NCBI GenBank assembly: GCA_002633005.1 | Contig: NMRA01000065.1 | Span: 1,030,809-1,094,808, forward strand | Reading direction: 5' to 3' | Source of the DNA: Phoronis australis | Lineage: Eukaryota > Animalia > Phoronida | DNA: 64,000 nucleotides | Shown here: positions 1-13,300 of the stretch, one piece after another | How positions within the stretch are numbered: the first letter of the stretch is position 1 | Layout: every line of letters starts with the position of its first letter | Notes under the pieces: generated by a model | What the model saw: only the letters and a program-made list of their open reading frames with translations | Told to the model about the DNA's origin: nothing | The model's database searches: none | Position numbers and translations under genes: made by a program

Positions 1-18
1 TAGGGAATGACCGTAATC

Positions 19-76
19 ATGGGTCAAGGGAACTCACATCCGAATGGCGTATACCAAGAAAGACCGGACCCCGAAG
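19..76 (+). CDS. FBXL7: FBXL7 candidate first coding exon 1a (MGQGNSHPNGVYQERPDPE)
   Basis: ATG in strong context (atcATGg) with an in-frame TAG at 1-3. Ends in a phase-1 donor AAG|gtaaag that joins the 19569 exon in frame (G|AT = Asp). The MGxxxS start resembles the Met-Gly N-terminus of vertebrate FBXL7. A second in-frame ATG lies at 7. Confidence 0.6.
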
Positions 77-856
77 GTAAAGTGAAAAGTTTTGATCTAT
101 GGTTAAATCCACCAACGGTTTGTTAATGATGTTTAGCTTAATATTAAGGTGGCGCAAATATATCTGTATAACTTTTGGTTTCAACCACTCATCGTTAGAA
201 AACTGGCGAGTGTCCCGTAGACGCAAGAACCTCTGCGAAAACACAAGAACACATAAGACTTTGCGAGACATAGGCCGTATTATATACGATGTACGTCATC
301 AAACTATTTTCCTTTAGCGACGGGGTTTTTTGCGTCTACGGAGCTGTACCTCGGTTTCCGTTTCTTCCTTACTCCGATAAGAAGTGATTCAGTTCTGAGC
401 TTAAAAAGAGGTGACGGTTATTGCTAAGATCCCGCTCGGCACAAACGTTGTATTATGGTCAATCGGCAACCGTTGTCAAGCTGGGTCTCTCAAGCAATAA
501 ATAGCGAGGTGTCAACTCTTCCTAAGCCCAGAAATCCTATCTAACCTGATTTTATTTGAAACGATCCAGATTGCCATTACGTGAATGCAAAATTCATAGC
601 ATAGTATTTTGGAGAACGATTGTTTAGTGCAGGTGCTAAATTTTAAATTTTTGAAATTTTTCAAACCAGGTATGACGAACAGCGGATCTTCTCATGACGA
701 CGATTCAAGCGAGGACGAATCCTTCGGCTTCAATTTGAAGCCAGCTATCAAAATAAAAAAGAAAGTTAGATTCCAAGGTAAATACGGAGTGTTCGCTCGC
801 ACCACTGCAGTCGCTTTTGTCTGGGTTCTCTTTCCCCACCATCTTTGTCACCGTCA

Positions 857-1096
857 CATGCACGCAGCCATGTTGGGNGGGCTCCAACAAGCCACCCCCC
901 ATTTGGCGAAGTAGACAAAAAGGTCGCCTCAGAGAAACAAAAGTAGAAAACGAGACAAAAGCCCACTAAAAAGGCAGGTACAACCAAGATTCGGCGAATG
1001 CACAATTCATAGCTCTGAACTATCCCCTTTTTTAGCAGCAGGTCCATATTCTCAAAAATTCGAGCCCCCCCATTTTGTAGGCTGGGTGCTCGCATG
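857..1096 (+). mobile_element. ~240-bp MITE, family A copy 1
   Basis: Termini catgcacgcagcca...ctgggtgctcgcatg; shared core ttggcgaagt...cgcctcagagaaacaaaa...aaaacgagacaaaa; 5-bp flanking duplication cgtca (852-856 and 1097-1101). Confidence 0.8.
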
Positions 1097-2320
1097 CGTC
1101 ATCATCCTGGTCATTTTCTTGAACTCTTAGCTTTCGCATTCGCATTCATTACCACCTGTTCCTGTTCTATGAAATAATCCAGCACTCCATTAGGCATAAC
1201 TTCAAAATCTAGCCACGTAACGTATAACGAAGAAAGCGAAAAAAGCTTTTAAAATGAAACTTGACGCCAACGGAACGGAATGACTGATATTTGTAAGTCG
1301 ACCCACGCACAGGTCCTTGTGCATGCTAAGTGTTCTTCTATAAATGTCCCTCCCAGGAATCCATCGTTCCGTAAAATCTCACCAATTCCGATCGGACAAA
1401 AATATTCGCTTTTATCGTTGTTGCGAATGCGCTGAGTTTTTTAAACGTCTCCTAATCGTGACTGTGTTATAGAATTCTAAACTGACAAAACATTTGTTGT
1501 TGGTATTTTTCTCAACTGGAAACAAAGTGAAAATAAAGCAAATTTCACTTAATCGCCGTACCGGAAAGGATGCCCTAAAACGACGACACAAGAAATCAGC
1601 AATAAGGGCCGCCTTAACACCGCCTCAAGTATACCCTTTTTCTCCATTGTCGTCAGGTGTTTTTTGCAGAAAAGCGCTTTGTAAAACCTCTAAATTACCA
1701 TTTCGCAATTAGTTCCCCGCTTCCTACAGGGAAATATTGGTTGTGAGAGTGCATTAATATTAGAGCTGACAGACATTGCCACGTGCATTCATTTCATTAC
1801 ATGTCTTTCTCATCTACTCAACTGTTGAATTGATCAGCGGTGAGACTTCTGCGTATTGATTCTCGGCTCCAGTGTCCGGAAACTGAGCAATCGAGTAATT
1901 GGAAAACCCAGCTTAATCGCAGTTTTAGCGTGTGCGTAATAATTGCTAAAAAGAACACGTCATCTCAGAAAAGGCAACACACCGTTAAATAGTGCCAGTT
2001 GGTATTCGCATGCAAGGCGAAAAATTCGCGAAAATTGTGCGTTGCAAATTATTCAAGTTTTGCAGGGCTGATTCACAACAAATGTGAGTATTTGATAATT
2101 CACAAGAAAACAACAATTCAACTGAAAAGTGACTGAAATATGATTATTAAAAAGGATGTCATGTTGAATGAGCAACATTTCGAAAAATGTTTGTTTATCT
2201 TTTTAAATCTTTTATTTTTCAGAAGGCAAGACATAATTTCCTCGAAATAAACCTTTTCTAGTAAACATTTCAGATAAATTATTATTTTCTTATGGCCTGG
2301 CCTAATTAAACATTGAACAT

Positions 2321-2505
2321 CACGCGCGCACCCAGCCTAAAGTGGGGTGGGAGGNCAGCTATGAATTGTGCGTTTGCCGAATTTTGATAGTTCTCTCTTT
2401 TTGGTGGATTTATGTCTCGTTTTCTACTTTTGTCGGAGTTCTTATTTCTCTGAGGCGGACGTTTTTGCCCACTTCGCCAAATGTCCAACCCCCGAGGCCC
2501 TCATG
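2321..2505 (-). mobile_element. MITE family A copy 2 (inverted, shortened at an N)
   Basis: Reverse complement of the family A core; 5-bp flanking duplication aacat (2316-2320 and 2506-2510). Confidence 0.75.
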
Positions 2506-4739
2506 AACATTATTTTTGTTGTGAACCAGTCTTACACATTCCAGTTCGTGTTTGTCTAGATCTTAGTGAAGGTGATGTTTCTTAAAAAGGCCGGCTACAT
2601 CTGTACTGTTCGAATGAAAACAATTTGCACCTGGTTTCAGGAACTGCGATAAGCTTCCCTTTGATTTCGCGTACATGAGTCACGTTATTGGATAATCTCT
2701 CCCTAAGGCAGGGCATCATTCAGTTATTAGCGTATCTTGATCGCACACGCTCCATAGATTCACGTCTTACGTGTCTACACGTCATTTTGGGTACGCTTGT
2801 ATAAGTAACACGTCAATCAATTACGTGACAAAAATTCCGACGCATTGGGTAATACGAAATTGATGGAAAATGTCCACCTCGTTGCACGTTTGTTGTCAAA
2901 ACCATGGAAATGTCAAATTCTATAACGCTGTGTTTACAATCGCCGCATGTTCGAGAAATTTCACAATTTCCTACCCGTGGGTTCCTTCAGGTTACAGACG
3001 GCGTCGATATAAAAACAACAAACACAGAACCTGTCACAGTAACAGCGCTAAACAATACTTTTAATTCTTCACATTCCGATTGATATCAAACCACATGTCG
3101 GCTACTGAGCAATGTCGTCTGCTTTGTCGTACAACTGAGGACAACAATGAGCAAGTATCTACCGCGTGCTTGTGTATTGAATGCGGCGAATGGCCGCAGT
3201 GAAATGGTGATTTACTCTGAATGGTAGATAACATTGTACGTAACTTTCCCCGATTAGTTCGACTATACTGTACAGTCAGTGCATGAAGTTTTTGTACAGT
3301 TGCCTGTTGCAAGACGAGATGGATAGGGGTGGGGTGTCTATTCTGAGACGCAATCGTAAGTATCTACCTTGTCAAGGTACTTTCCATCAGTTCCTATCTT
3401 GAAACCATTTCCCGCAAGGTATTACATCTTTTTTGTTATGCGCCGTTTAGCCGGTCATATTGTGAGAGTACGTCGAAGTTCTATAGTTACTTGTCGTGCC
3501 AAGTCTTTACGCACGACACTTTTAAAGATAAGTACCCTTGTCGTCTTTGACGCGTAGGTACAGTGTAAATCTTTCTTGTAACCATGGAAACACCACTGGG
3601 AAGAGAGAATAGAGTCAATTAATGCAGCTTTAACACAGCCATTGATCACAAAAACAACTTCTGATATAAATCACGTATCGTTATGAAATTAGTTAAATTT
3701 GAGGTGATTTCAGAGCTTCGGAAGAATTGACAGTTGGTTATTTTTCAGACGAAGCTCATAAACTTTCATGTCGCGTCGTGATGGTAAGTGACCTAATTCT
3801 AACCTTGAAGTCTCACAGAAAGCATTTGTTTAATGCCGCTTTAAGTGAGGAAGAACTTGACAGTCTGATGACCGCTCATTTTGAAATTTTTGTGAATATG
3901 AGACATAAGCGTTTGTTGCATATCAGGAATCGTCATCACCAAAAACGAATGGAGTAACACCCCCGTTACGTTCCGCCCCTCTCCCTACCTAGGTTAGAAA
4001 ATTTGGAGTGTGTGTATTGAAAGACAAGTAGCTTCTCTGAGTGGTGAGGGTCACTTGCCAACTTATTACGAAACTTTTCAACAACAAATGAACAGCAGCA
4101 GGAGGATGTGACATGGAATGAGTTCTGTGGACGCGAGAATCTCGCGAAACCTCAAGCAAGATCTCCCCATACATTTACTACAAGTGAAACACATTAATAC
4201 CGTAGCCTGTAGGCTATTCATATCAAAGCTGGTTTGAGCATGCTTTCATATGTGAACTGAGCTGCCACCAGCAGGCCCGTGTTTGTATTTGGCCACTATT
4301 CCGTGCCTTCCCACCCGAGTTGCCCGCGCTTAGACCGATTTATACATAGAAAAGGTTCTCTCTAGATTATTTCAAAACCTACGAAATGCAATCTGATCCA
4401 GGGTGCAGACGAACTGCCGCATTTTATGTTAATGACCTCATAATGTCTGTTCATTTTTTTCGTACCGCACGTAATCATGTGTGACCGAGTAGACGAACCA
4501 GTATTGCAGTTGGGAAATTGATTTAATTCGCATCCTGGTATGTGAAACGCACTGCTAGCGACACCTTATTTGAAAATTCTCGCTGTCATTAACGACGGTA
4601 TCAGTATATGCAATGAAAATCCTGAAACAAAATGCGTATTCCCGTTATTGAACTATTTGTAAGTTTCCATCAATAAGTCGAAAACAGTCACATTGTTACG
4701 AGTCACTAGAGTGGACGATGTCAATAATCATGTGTTTTG

Positions 4740-5390
4740 ATTGGTGGTTGAAAAAATAAAAGACAGGATGTGATTTAGATTGTTGTAATAGAGCTTGTAG
4801 TAACAACTGTCATCACTGTGCAGGAGATGGTTCAAGTTTAGTGGGGTCCTTCTTGTTAATTCACAGTTCCACAGGATATCCATGTATGCGGAAGAGTAGT
4901 CTAGTGAAAACGATACTTCCCGATACACTAAGCTGGCACGCAGTATCTCAAATCCCTAATTCCCATCTTGGGACCATGCAACATTTTTCGGCACATGCGC
5001 ACTGGTCCGTGATGGAGCACGTAATATTGAGGGTGTACGCGCATGTCATTCATATTTGCATACATGGTATTGACCATCGTACAGGGACATTTTTGATGTC
5101 TATGTAGCACTGACTCTAGCCAACAGATGAGAGTATCGAATACGACAGTCAGGCGGGAAATTCTAATAATACTGTAGGTTTTCTCAGACAAGTAATTGCA
5201 GGACACGTTGTTGAACACATTTTACTCCAGTGTAGACTGCTTGATCGTTGGCTACGACCAATGCTTTTTCAGGCATGCATAACTTGTTTTAGTAGAACAC
5301 ATGACTGAAAGGGGCACTAATCCCACGTCTTCTGTCAAAATGTCCCTTTTAGTTCTTTAGTGTAAATAAATATGATTTCAAAACTTGGGT
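4740..5390 (-). pseudogene. Possible highly decayed Penelope-like reverse transcriptase fragment
   Basis: Across frameshifts, motifs appear in the order expected for a PLE RT/thumb region: VLKSYLF, VVFDTLI (V.FLD.LI-like), HP, LFRIHGYP, RTPL. Very degenerate and recognised by eye only. Confidence 0.3.
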
Positions 5391-7291
5391 AGCTCGTTTT
5401 TGCTTCAGACTAGGCACAAGAAATTCTAAATCGGTGGTCAAGCTGGGTTAGTTTCAGCCGCCGGTGCAGCAAGGCTGTAAGGGGAATTCCAAGTGTTTTA
5501 CTATTGCAGTCGAGTTTACTCAAGCAAGCGATAAAAGCACGATGGCGTTGTTTTGGAAGAGCAAGTGCGCATGTGTAGGATGCCGTTTTTTTACACCAGA
5601 ACGTGGCCTCCAGCGGCTCCAGATTGAATTAATTTACCTGATCTCCGATAACCATAATAATTTACGCATGTATATATTGAATTATTATAATACAAATGTT
5701 TATATTGATATATATAAATATTCTCAAAGGTTTATTGGTGAATCACCGCAAGAAATGTGCGTTTCCGAGGCCGACTGAAGTAGAAAAGGTGGCGCTGGCT
5801 TGCCAAAAGATATGTTTAAAACTATTATAGAATATACACAAAGGACAGACACTTTTTCACTTATGCTGTACTTTTTCTCAAAAAGTAAGTGTCTGTTATC
5901 TCGACCCCGCCACGAAGGTAAACAATGCAGTGAGATTATCTCTTGTCAGCTACTGATGACGTCATTGGCGATAGGTACAGACGATGTTAGGTCATACTCG
6001 TGTTACCATTCAGCCTCGCTCGTGAAGGCGGCAATTTTTTTGGTTATTTGGCAGAGCTCAAGACATTGGAATTCTCTAAGTGAAATCCTAGCTTAGTCAT
6101 GACAAGGTTTTAATGTTTGGTTTCGTAAAGAAATAAATGTGCAAACACGAACCCAGCACACAGCCTACTTAGGCCTACAGTTTTAGTTTACGTCGCCATT
6201 TTCACCAGTGGCTGGTGAACATGTTCATTCTGTATGATTTTGCTTCTTAAACTTGTAGCTTCACTTGCTCGCCGGTGGAGCATGGTGCTTTAATTTATTT
6301 GTGTACTGCGAGAACTCCCTATGACGAGAACTCCCTATGACATTTTAGAGTGCATTTCTGCTCAACTGTTGTCCTCCCCTAAATGTCGATCATATTTTCT
6401 TATCCTAACATATCTGTTGATATAATTTATGCTTTTAGTACGCGGTCAATGTCAGGTGAAATATCAAATTCCAAACACATTTTTGAGAATATGACCTTAT
6501 TGAGTTTGTTCATCGCAAAGTAAGTGTCGACTTAGACTGAGCCTCATACAGGGAAAAAAGAATGGTTCACTTTTTAATTTAAAACGGTTGAATTGAATTC
6601 TGGTGGTAGTTTATCAAACTACGTGAAAGAAGGCATTGCATTCCTTGGTCAAAAATTGTTTCGCATAAAAAGTAACGCCATTTTGTTGTAAAATATAGAG
6701 AGTTAATTTCGAATGCAGCTAGACTTGGCCGAAAACCCTGCAGGAAAATATCAACAGTCTTGATAGTCGTGGTCCACAATGCAAATAACGGGGCATTGCA
6801 TTAGACGCGGCTCATAATAAAACATATCTTTCTTATAGAATTTTTAATTCTAAACACCCTTTATGCCCTTTGGTATAGCGATGAATGGTCATACGTAAGT
6901 AGATATTATTCTCCAAATAACCCAACTTGAAAACCCTGTTAGTTTAATAGGTCACGTGGTTTACGACGTTCCTGTAATTCTATGGAGCAGAAAAACTGTT
7001 GATAAAATTTTAAAAAATGACTTTTCGAACAAACCTGGGTATTACATGCTAATTTTTAAGTGAAATTACGTTGAAATACACACAAACAATGTAATATGTC
7101 TCAAATGTACGAGAAATTTGAACAAATAGAACAGTTTCAATTATTCTAAAAGCTTCCCCTATAATTTATTGGAACCTACTGCTAGGTACACAGTAGTTGC
7201 TCGAGTTCCGTCGATAGCTGTATAAACGCTGTCAATATAATGGCTGATTCCGAGGTTTTGGATATATTTGAGTGAACCATAACATTGGATA

Positions 7292-7370
7292 ATGTCGGAT
7301 TCATCTCACAGTTTACCTCGGTATACCGACTGGAACGGTATGATGGTCGAATTGTTCGATCTGAACGCAG
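7292..7370 (+). CDS. FBXL7: FBXL7 candidate alternative first coding exon 1b (MSDSSHSLPRYTDWNGMMVELFDLNA)
   Basis: 26 codons plus 1 nt ending at a consensus donor CAG|gtaagt in phase 1, compatible with the 19569 exon. TATAAA at 7221-7226. Lies at the CpG-rich to CpG-poor transition. Confidence 0.55.
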
Positions 7371-10188
7371 GTAAGTCGATCGCTACTAGGCCAGGTAACA
7401 ATTCAGCCATTGGATGAATGCCTGTCGAAGAACATGGCGTCGTCCTGTGTGTGATTTCAAGCGGACTGTTCACATAATTTGTGTGAGACTTTGGAAAGCA
7501 TCAGCTGTTTTAGTGAGGATGGGGAAAGTATGAATGAAGTATCCACTTTGTTTATTCAGGGGGTTTACATGCAGCCCAATGTGGCATTGCATACGTTTTC
7601 CCTTCGCTTAGCCTGCCTTCCGCTGTCCTTGATCTTGCGCTCAATCTCCTTGCTGTCCTTATTGTCTTTTGCTTTATGACTTTGTATGCTTCAGCGTTTA
7701 GCATCTAAGTTTCTTGTCATTCTTTTCCTGAATTGTCCCTTCCGTTTTCTCCTCTGATCGGGCGTTACTGGTTCTCCAAATCCGGGACTCCTGTAAGTGA
7801 CTAAGCCAGTCTGTCACCACAAAAGACAAATTTAGACCACTGACTTACGATTATGAACACACCTCCTTAGTGCAACACACAATTTCTGCACTGCAAAACC
7901 ATTGTTATAAATACCAGTTTAATTTGTAAAATTGAATTTACAGTATCCGATAACCATTAAGTCTTATTGCACAAAGCACCACCCTTTAATCAAGATCCAG
8001 TCAGATGGAAATGCATACTTTGTTTCCATAGGAACAGTTTCAGACCAGTCTTGTTCAGATGTTATGCAATGATTTATATACCATTCAAACTTTAAAGAGG
8101 TGTCTAGGTAATGTATGGATGACACAGGTGGGCTACCACAATGTCCATTTAGTAGGACAATCACATACACGGTACATCATAAAAAGGTGTGCGATTTTTG
8201 GACCCCCTGGGCCCAAACCCTAACACCGCTTATGGGTGAGTAACATTGTACTCATCTCACTCACTCTTGGCAAATAAACGTCCTAAAACAGAAGAACATG
8301 GCTTTTTTCGAAATAGCTACCTGTTTTCTTTGCTTTATAAATTTCCCCCATCTAAACAAACTGACGTCATTGCTAACACTGTACAAACTAAAATTGTGAA
8401 TGAGCCTAGTAGTGCTGGTCTGTTTTTAGAAACTGTCATAAACAGAGTGGGGATAGAACAATTTGTGCAAACTGTTCTGTTTATTTAAAAGCCACAAGAA
8501 GCATTACCATTGTCACTTTTCACCCCTCTAGCCAAGGTTGCCTTTTTGACCCATTGGCATAAAATACTTGAAGTGTACCAAATAAAGTAGCATCTGTTTA
8601 CTCGTGGGACCCCAAAAATCAGCAAATTGTTAATGCTTTTGTTCTGAAAACTGCATTTTTTTAATCAAATAGTTTGACAGAAAAAATAGAATTGTATGGT
8701 TCTAGGTTAAGCCATGCACTCTTTAGTGATTATATATAAACTGTTGATGTCATACATGTTCTGTGCAACTTGATATTTCGCTGAACCATGGCTGTCAGAT
8801 TAAGTTTTGAAATCAAGGAATCTTCCTCTGCAAAACGTGCTTATTGTGAGCGATTAATTGGAGTTTAAATAAATGTACCATTAAATGAGCACTATTTCTT
8901 TGTAAAGCATCCAGTGAGCCATACAATTTGATTTGTCATTGTTTATCCACAAGACAGGATTGGGTCATGTAAATGGTGCAGCTGTTACTGTCAAAGCTTT
9001 GGGGCAAAGTTATGGCAAACAGATCATGACCTCTAATTTGGCATTTTTCCACCTTGCTTCTGCTTAAGGGGAATTCAAGGACCAATGGTGCATTATCTCC
9101 CTTGCCCTTTATTGCTTTAATTCCCATTTGGATTGTTACAAATCTGAAATTGTTATTATCATTAATTATTGTTTTTATGCCCAATAATTGACGCAAGTGC
9201 AAATCTAGTATGCTTTGAACTTGATAAGGTGAAGATTTGTGCTTAAAGCAAAAATGCTGACATGGTATTTGATAAGTTTGCCAAGTCTGAAAATAGACAG
9301 AGTTGCTTCATTAAACAAGCCTCACCATTTCTGCCTTTGTGATATGAAGTTAACTTTCTCTGAATAATTCCTAACAAAGGTCAATTTTGAGTTTTTGTTG
9401 TGAACTAATTAAGTCAAGTTGTGGCTGGTGAAATTTAATACTTCCAGACATTCAGAGTGACATTTCGGTGAAAACTTTCAGAGATGGAAATGTTCCATCC
9501 AGTATTGATTTACGATTGAGTAAATTTTCTGTAATTTTTGCCAGTTTGTTTTTGTCCTTTTTGACCTTATGCATGCTTACAACTTTAGTGAATTTAATGA
9601 GATATTTACAGTTGAATTCTTTATAATTTTTGAAATTGTGTATAAATGAGGTATATGGACACCCTAATTTATAAACCGCTTCCTTATGGAAAGCAGATAA
9701 CTCTATCTATCTTAAGCCACATTTACAGAGGCGCAGTTGACACTGGGCTGCTTACACGGAATAGCTGATTGGGTGCAAGTATGTGTGTAAACACGACTGA
9801 CACGGAGAGAGTTGACACTGTGGTGGCCATTTTTGATACTGGTTTATGAGGTAGAGCAAGTTGCACCCGATCAGTTGCTTCAGTGTCACCTACATGTCTA
9901 AACACAAACAGGGACAAGGCATCTCTCTCCTGCTTGTTCAATATCTATGGATGATCTGCTAGCATTTCTTGAGGTGTGGATGTTTATTGCAATTAATGCA
10001 AGTATGCACCACCAGTCTTTGTGTAAATGGCTTGCTTATCCAGTTTGTGATCTAGTGTCTTGTTAATGGGACTAAAATGCAGAGCAATTCACCACGTCAT
10101 ACATGTACCTTTATACAACATTGTACTGCTAGAAGCTAGAGGATAACTTCTGTTTTTGAGGATTCGCACGTTTTTATTGTAAAGTGGT

Positions 10189-10344
10189 CAGTGGTGTAGT
10201 GGTAAAATTAGAGGTAAGTAGGCGCCCAAAGCCCACCGTATCTCCTTGAGCACTGAACGTAACTTACGGTGCGTAGGTGCTACGTTCAAATGCCAAAAGA
10301 CAGTGGGCTGCGCCTACGTGTGCCTACGCCCCACTACAGCACTG
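10189..10344. mobile_element. Small hAT-like MITE
   Basis: TIR cagtggtgtagtgg...ccactacagcactg; imperfect 8-bp flanks aaagtggt / aaagtcat. Confidence 0.55.
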
Positions 10345-13300
10345 AAAGTCATCCTGGGATGTTTTGAAACTTTATTTATCTCCTGTGAATGTAGACAGTT
10401 TCATAATGCTGTATGCAGGCCTGGGTAAAAATGAACGTTGCATTCATGCATGTTGATCTGTTGAATGTGGATTCCTGGCTGTTTATTTCAGACTACTACC
10501 GGTAACATAAACCCTTTGGTGTTCAACACATTGTCATTCAGTGGGAACGCTTAAATTTGGCCATAGAGTTAAGTTAAAAAGAGGGGTGCAGCCACAATTT
10601 CCAAAGAAAAAAATGTCAACGTAACCTCAGTAATAAGAGCGACATGTTGATGCCTTTTTTGGTCGTGTTTGTGAGGTTAGGGGTAGCTCCACCTCACTGC
10701 CATTGTGCTGTTTGTGTCATTACATTAAAGGCTAGAATATTGATGTGAGTGAAGTACTGCATGTAATGGTAAAGCTCAAGTTAATTTTGCTGTTTCCATT
10801 GACACACATGAGAATGAGTGGGAAAGGACCTCTGTAGTTAGGTGCTGGTCCTTATGTAATGACCCATGTTAGCAACTGCTGCTGGTATGATGAGCTAGAA
10901 AATAGTGCAGGGCTTGGCTCTAGGAAGGTATAAGTGAGGATCACAGACTCCTGTACAGTTTTGCATCTCAAAATGTCAAATTTCATTTGGCAGTGAGACT
11001 GTGTGAGCTAGACAATATTCTCAGCATCAGAGATGAACAACCTGTGCACTGGCTGACCTACCTGTATTTCACCTGTCTATGTGTATTATGTAATTGCTAG
11101 GCTTTGTACAAATACATCATTTGCCACTGGATCAAAGGTGCATTGTTTTGCCAAGTGATTAGTGTCACAAAATTACTTGTGGGTTGAGTGCTATGATAAC
11201 ACACCAACACCCTTTTTGTTATGTGGAACAAGTGAACAGAGTCATATTAATATTTAATTACTCAAATTAAGTAAACACTTTGGCAGTGCACAGTTGATAG
11301 CCATTCTGGTAAGTCTGTTATGACAGTTTCTTTATCTAAGCTAAGCTATAGTCTGTTCTCTGCACCAAACTAATACTTAAACAATTTTCAAATGTATCAC
11401 AAATTCTATTGTAAAACATTGTGAAAAATTGTGGGATTTGGAACAGGTACAGTTAGAAACTTTTGAAAAAGGACATAGCTGTTCTAAGGATTTTTTCTAG
11501 AATTGATGAGCAGACTTTTTTGGACAGCAGGACATGAAGATGTAGACACCTGTAGGCTTGGATAGAATATATAGGTTTTCACAGCTTCCAAATCGAGACA
11601 ATCCAAGGTTGCTATATTTTCTTCACCTATTTGGTGCACAATATGGCCGACAAATTTCTCCATAAAAATAAAGATTAAAAGAATATTAGTCTATTGCTAG
11701 CAGGGTTTGTACTGCGTGGGTGTCACAAAACAACTTTTAGTAATTGGAATGAAAAACGACATAAGTGGAGAATTACCGTAAAGATACTCAATATTGTGGT
11801 ACGGACCGTACATGCAAAATTTCACTTTTTGTTCCTCTGTCTAGTGGATGTGTTTTCTCCTAGCTGTTTTCTGCGATAATATTCAGCGCACGCCTTCTGG
11901 GTCAATACAAGACAGAGCTGTCAATGTTGGAAAGCATGCTTGTGGTGGTTATCAGTCCCTGTTTTACATTAACTGTCTGAAACTGTGCTTGTTTGATTAA
12001 AGTACCCAGGTCTGATGTTTATCAGCATTTTTTGCTTCAGTTGCCCAGGGCTCTGTGTGGCATGCTCAAATTTTTGGCTTCAGAGAGTTTAGAAACCTTT
12101 TACCAATCCTTTGTAGTGCATGTCTGCTTGTGTATATGTGCTTGCATATGCACTAAGTTGTAATCACAGTGGAATGCTGGTTTTGACTGGGCTGGGGTAC
12201 TCAACTGTTATTTTTGGGAGTGGTGTACAGCTGAAAAATTAAGAATAAATTAGACGCGTCCTAACTGTTTAGAGAGTGGGCTCAACAGCAAAGGGTCCAT
12301 GTGCTCCTCCTTTCATAAAATTTTGCTCCATAAAGACCACATGTTCCAACGGTTGCACCCGTATGGGTCCGCGACGTGAGATTGACCGAATCCATGGCCA
12401 GGTAATAATTTTCGAAGTGCTTTGTAATTCGCAGCGCTTTGTAAATCTGGGCAAATTATTATTATTGTTTTTAATTTTTGACATTTTAATTTTACTTGAC
12501 TTGGTCCACAGCGTCAAAATGACGTCATACTAAACATGCGAATTGAAATTGCCTATCCAGAGAACAACCCTCTGTGAAGCTTTGGGTACTTCTAAATGGC
12601 TGTCTTCTGGCTACCAATAGTATTCTTTAAAAAGCTGATTAAGTTGGGTCTTACTCTAAATGGATTACATTTTGATGAACTGTGATTATTCTTTTGTACT
12701 CTCTTAGCGCTTTGGCTCTCTTTTTAATCCTACTCTTTGTTGGCGAAGATTTCACAGGATAATGAGCCTCTCTAAGTTGACAGCTACCTGTTTTGTTTGT
12801 TTTCTGTATCTATTTGTTTTTGGCAGTAAACCAAATGTTGCTGGACATGGAGGGATACTATGGTTTGTTGTAAGGTAAAGAATTAAGATGCCTTGGATTT
12901 GAACGCACAGAATTGCTAAAATTGATATTTTTGACCTTTTATGGGCCACATACCTTGCTACAAGATTGTTTCTTAATGCGGGGAAGGTTCAATACTTTGG
13001 CGATTGTCATTGGGTGACACCTGACTGTGTAGTAAAAAGCCTGGTAACATTAAACAAATTTGATTAAACACCCAGCATTAGGTAGGAATTTTAATTTTAT
13101 GAAAAGGTATGATTCCAAATTTGTTTTTATTTGATATCTTTTTCGTCTTTGTGAATGTTCATCTTAATGTTGATCAGGTTTTCGTGTATTTGAACTTCTT
13201 GCACTTATTTTTACTCAGTTTCACACGTGTCCTTAACAAATTTGGAGTTACATCCCCTGACCAGTCATATTTGCCATTCTCTTACTGGTATTCACCTGGT

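Noticed and set aside
2345-2365. Internal deletion in MITE copy 2 as a biological variant
   Set aside because: The missing segment coincides with a single N, so it may be an assembly gap placeholder.
8232-8241. ATG-G|gtgagt micro first exon for FBXL7 (and a similar phase-1 donor at 5885)
   Set aside because: Phase-compatible but too short or unsupported; expected by chance in a 19-kb intron.
9847-9868. TGAGGTAG let-7-like seed
   Set aside because: The rest does not match let-7 and no convincing precursor hairpin was seen.
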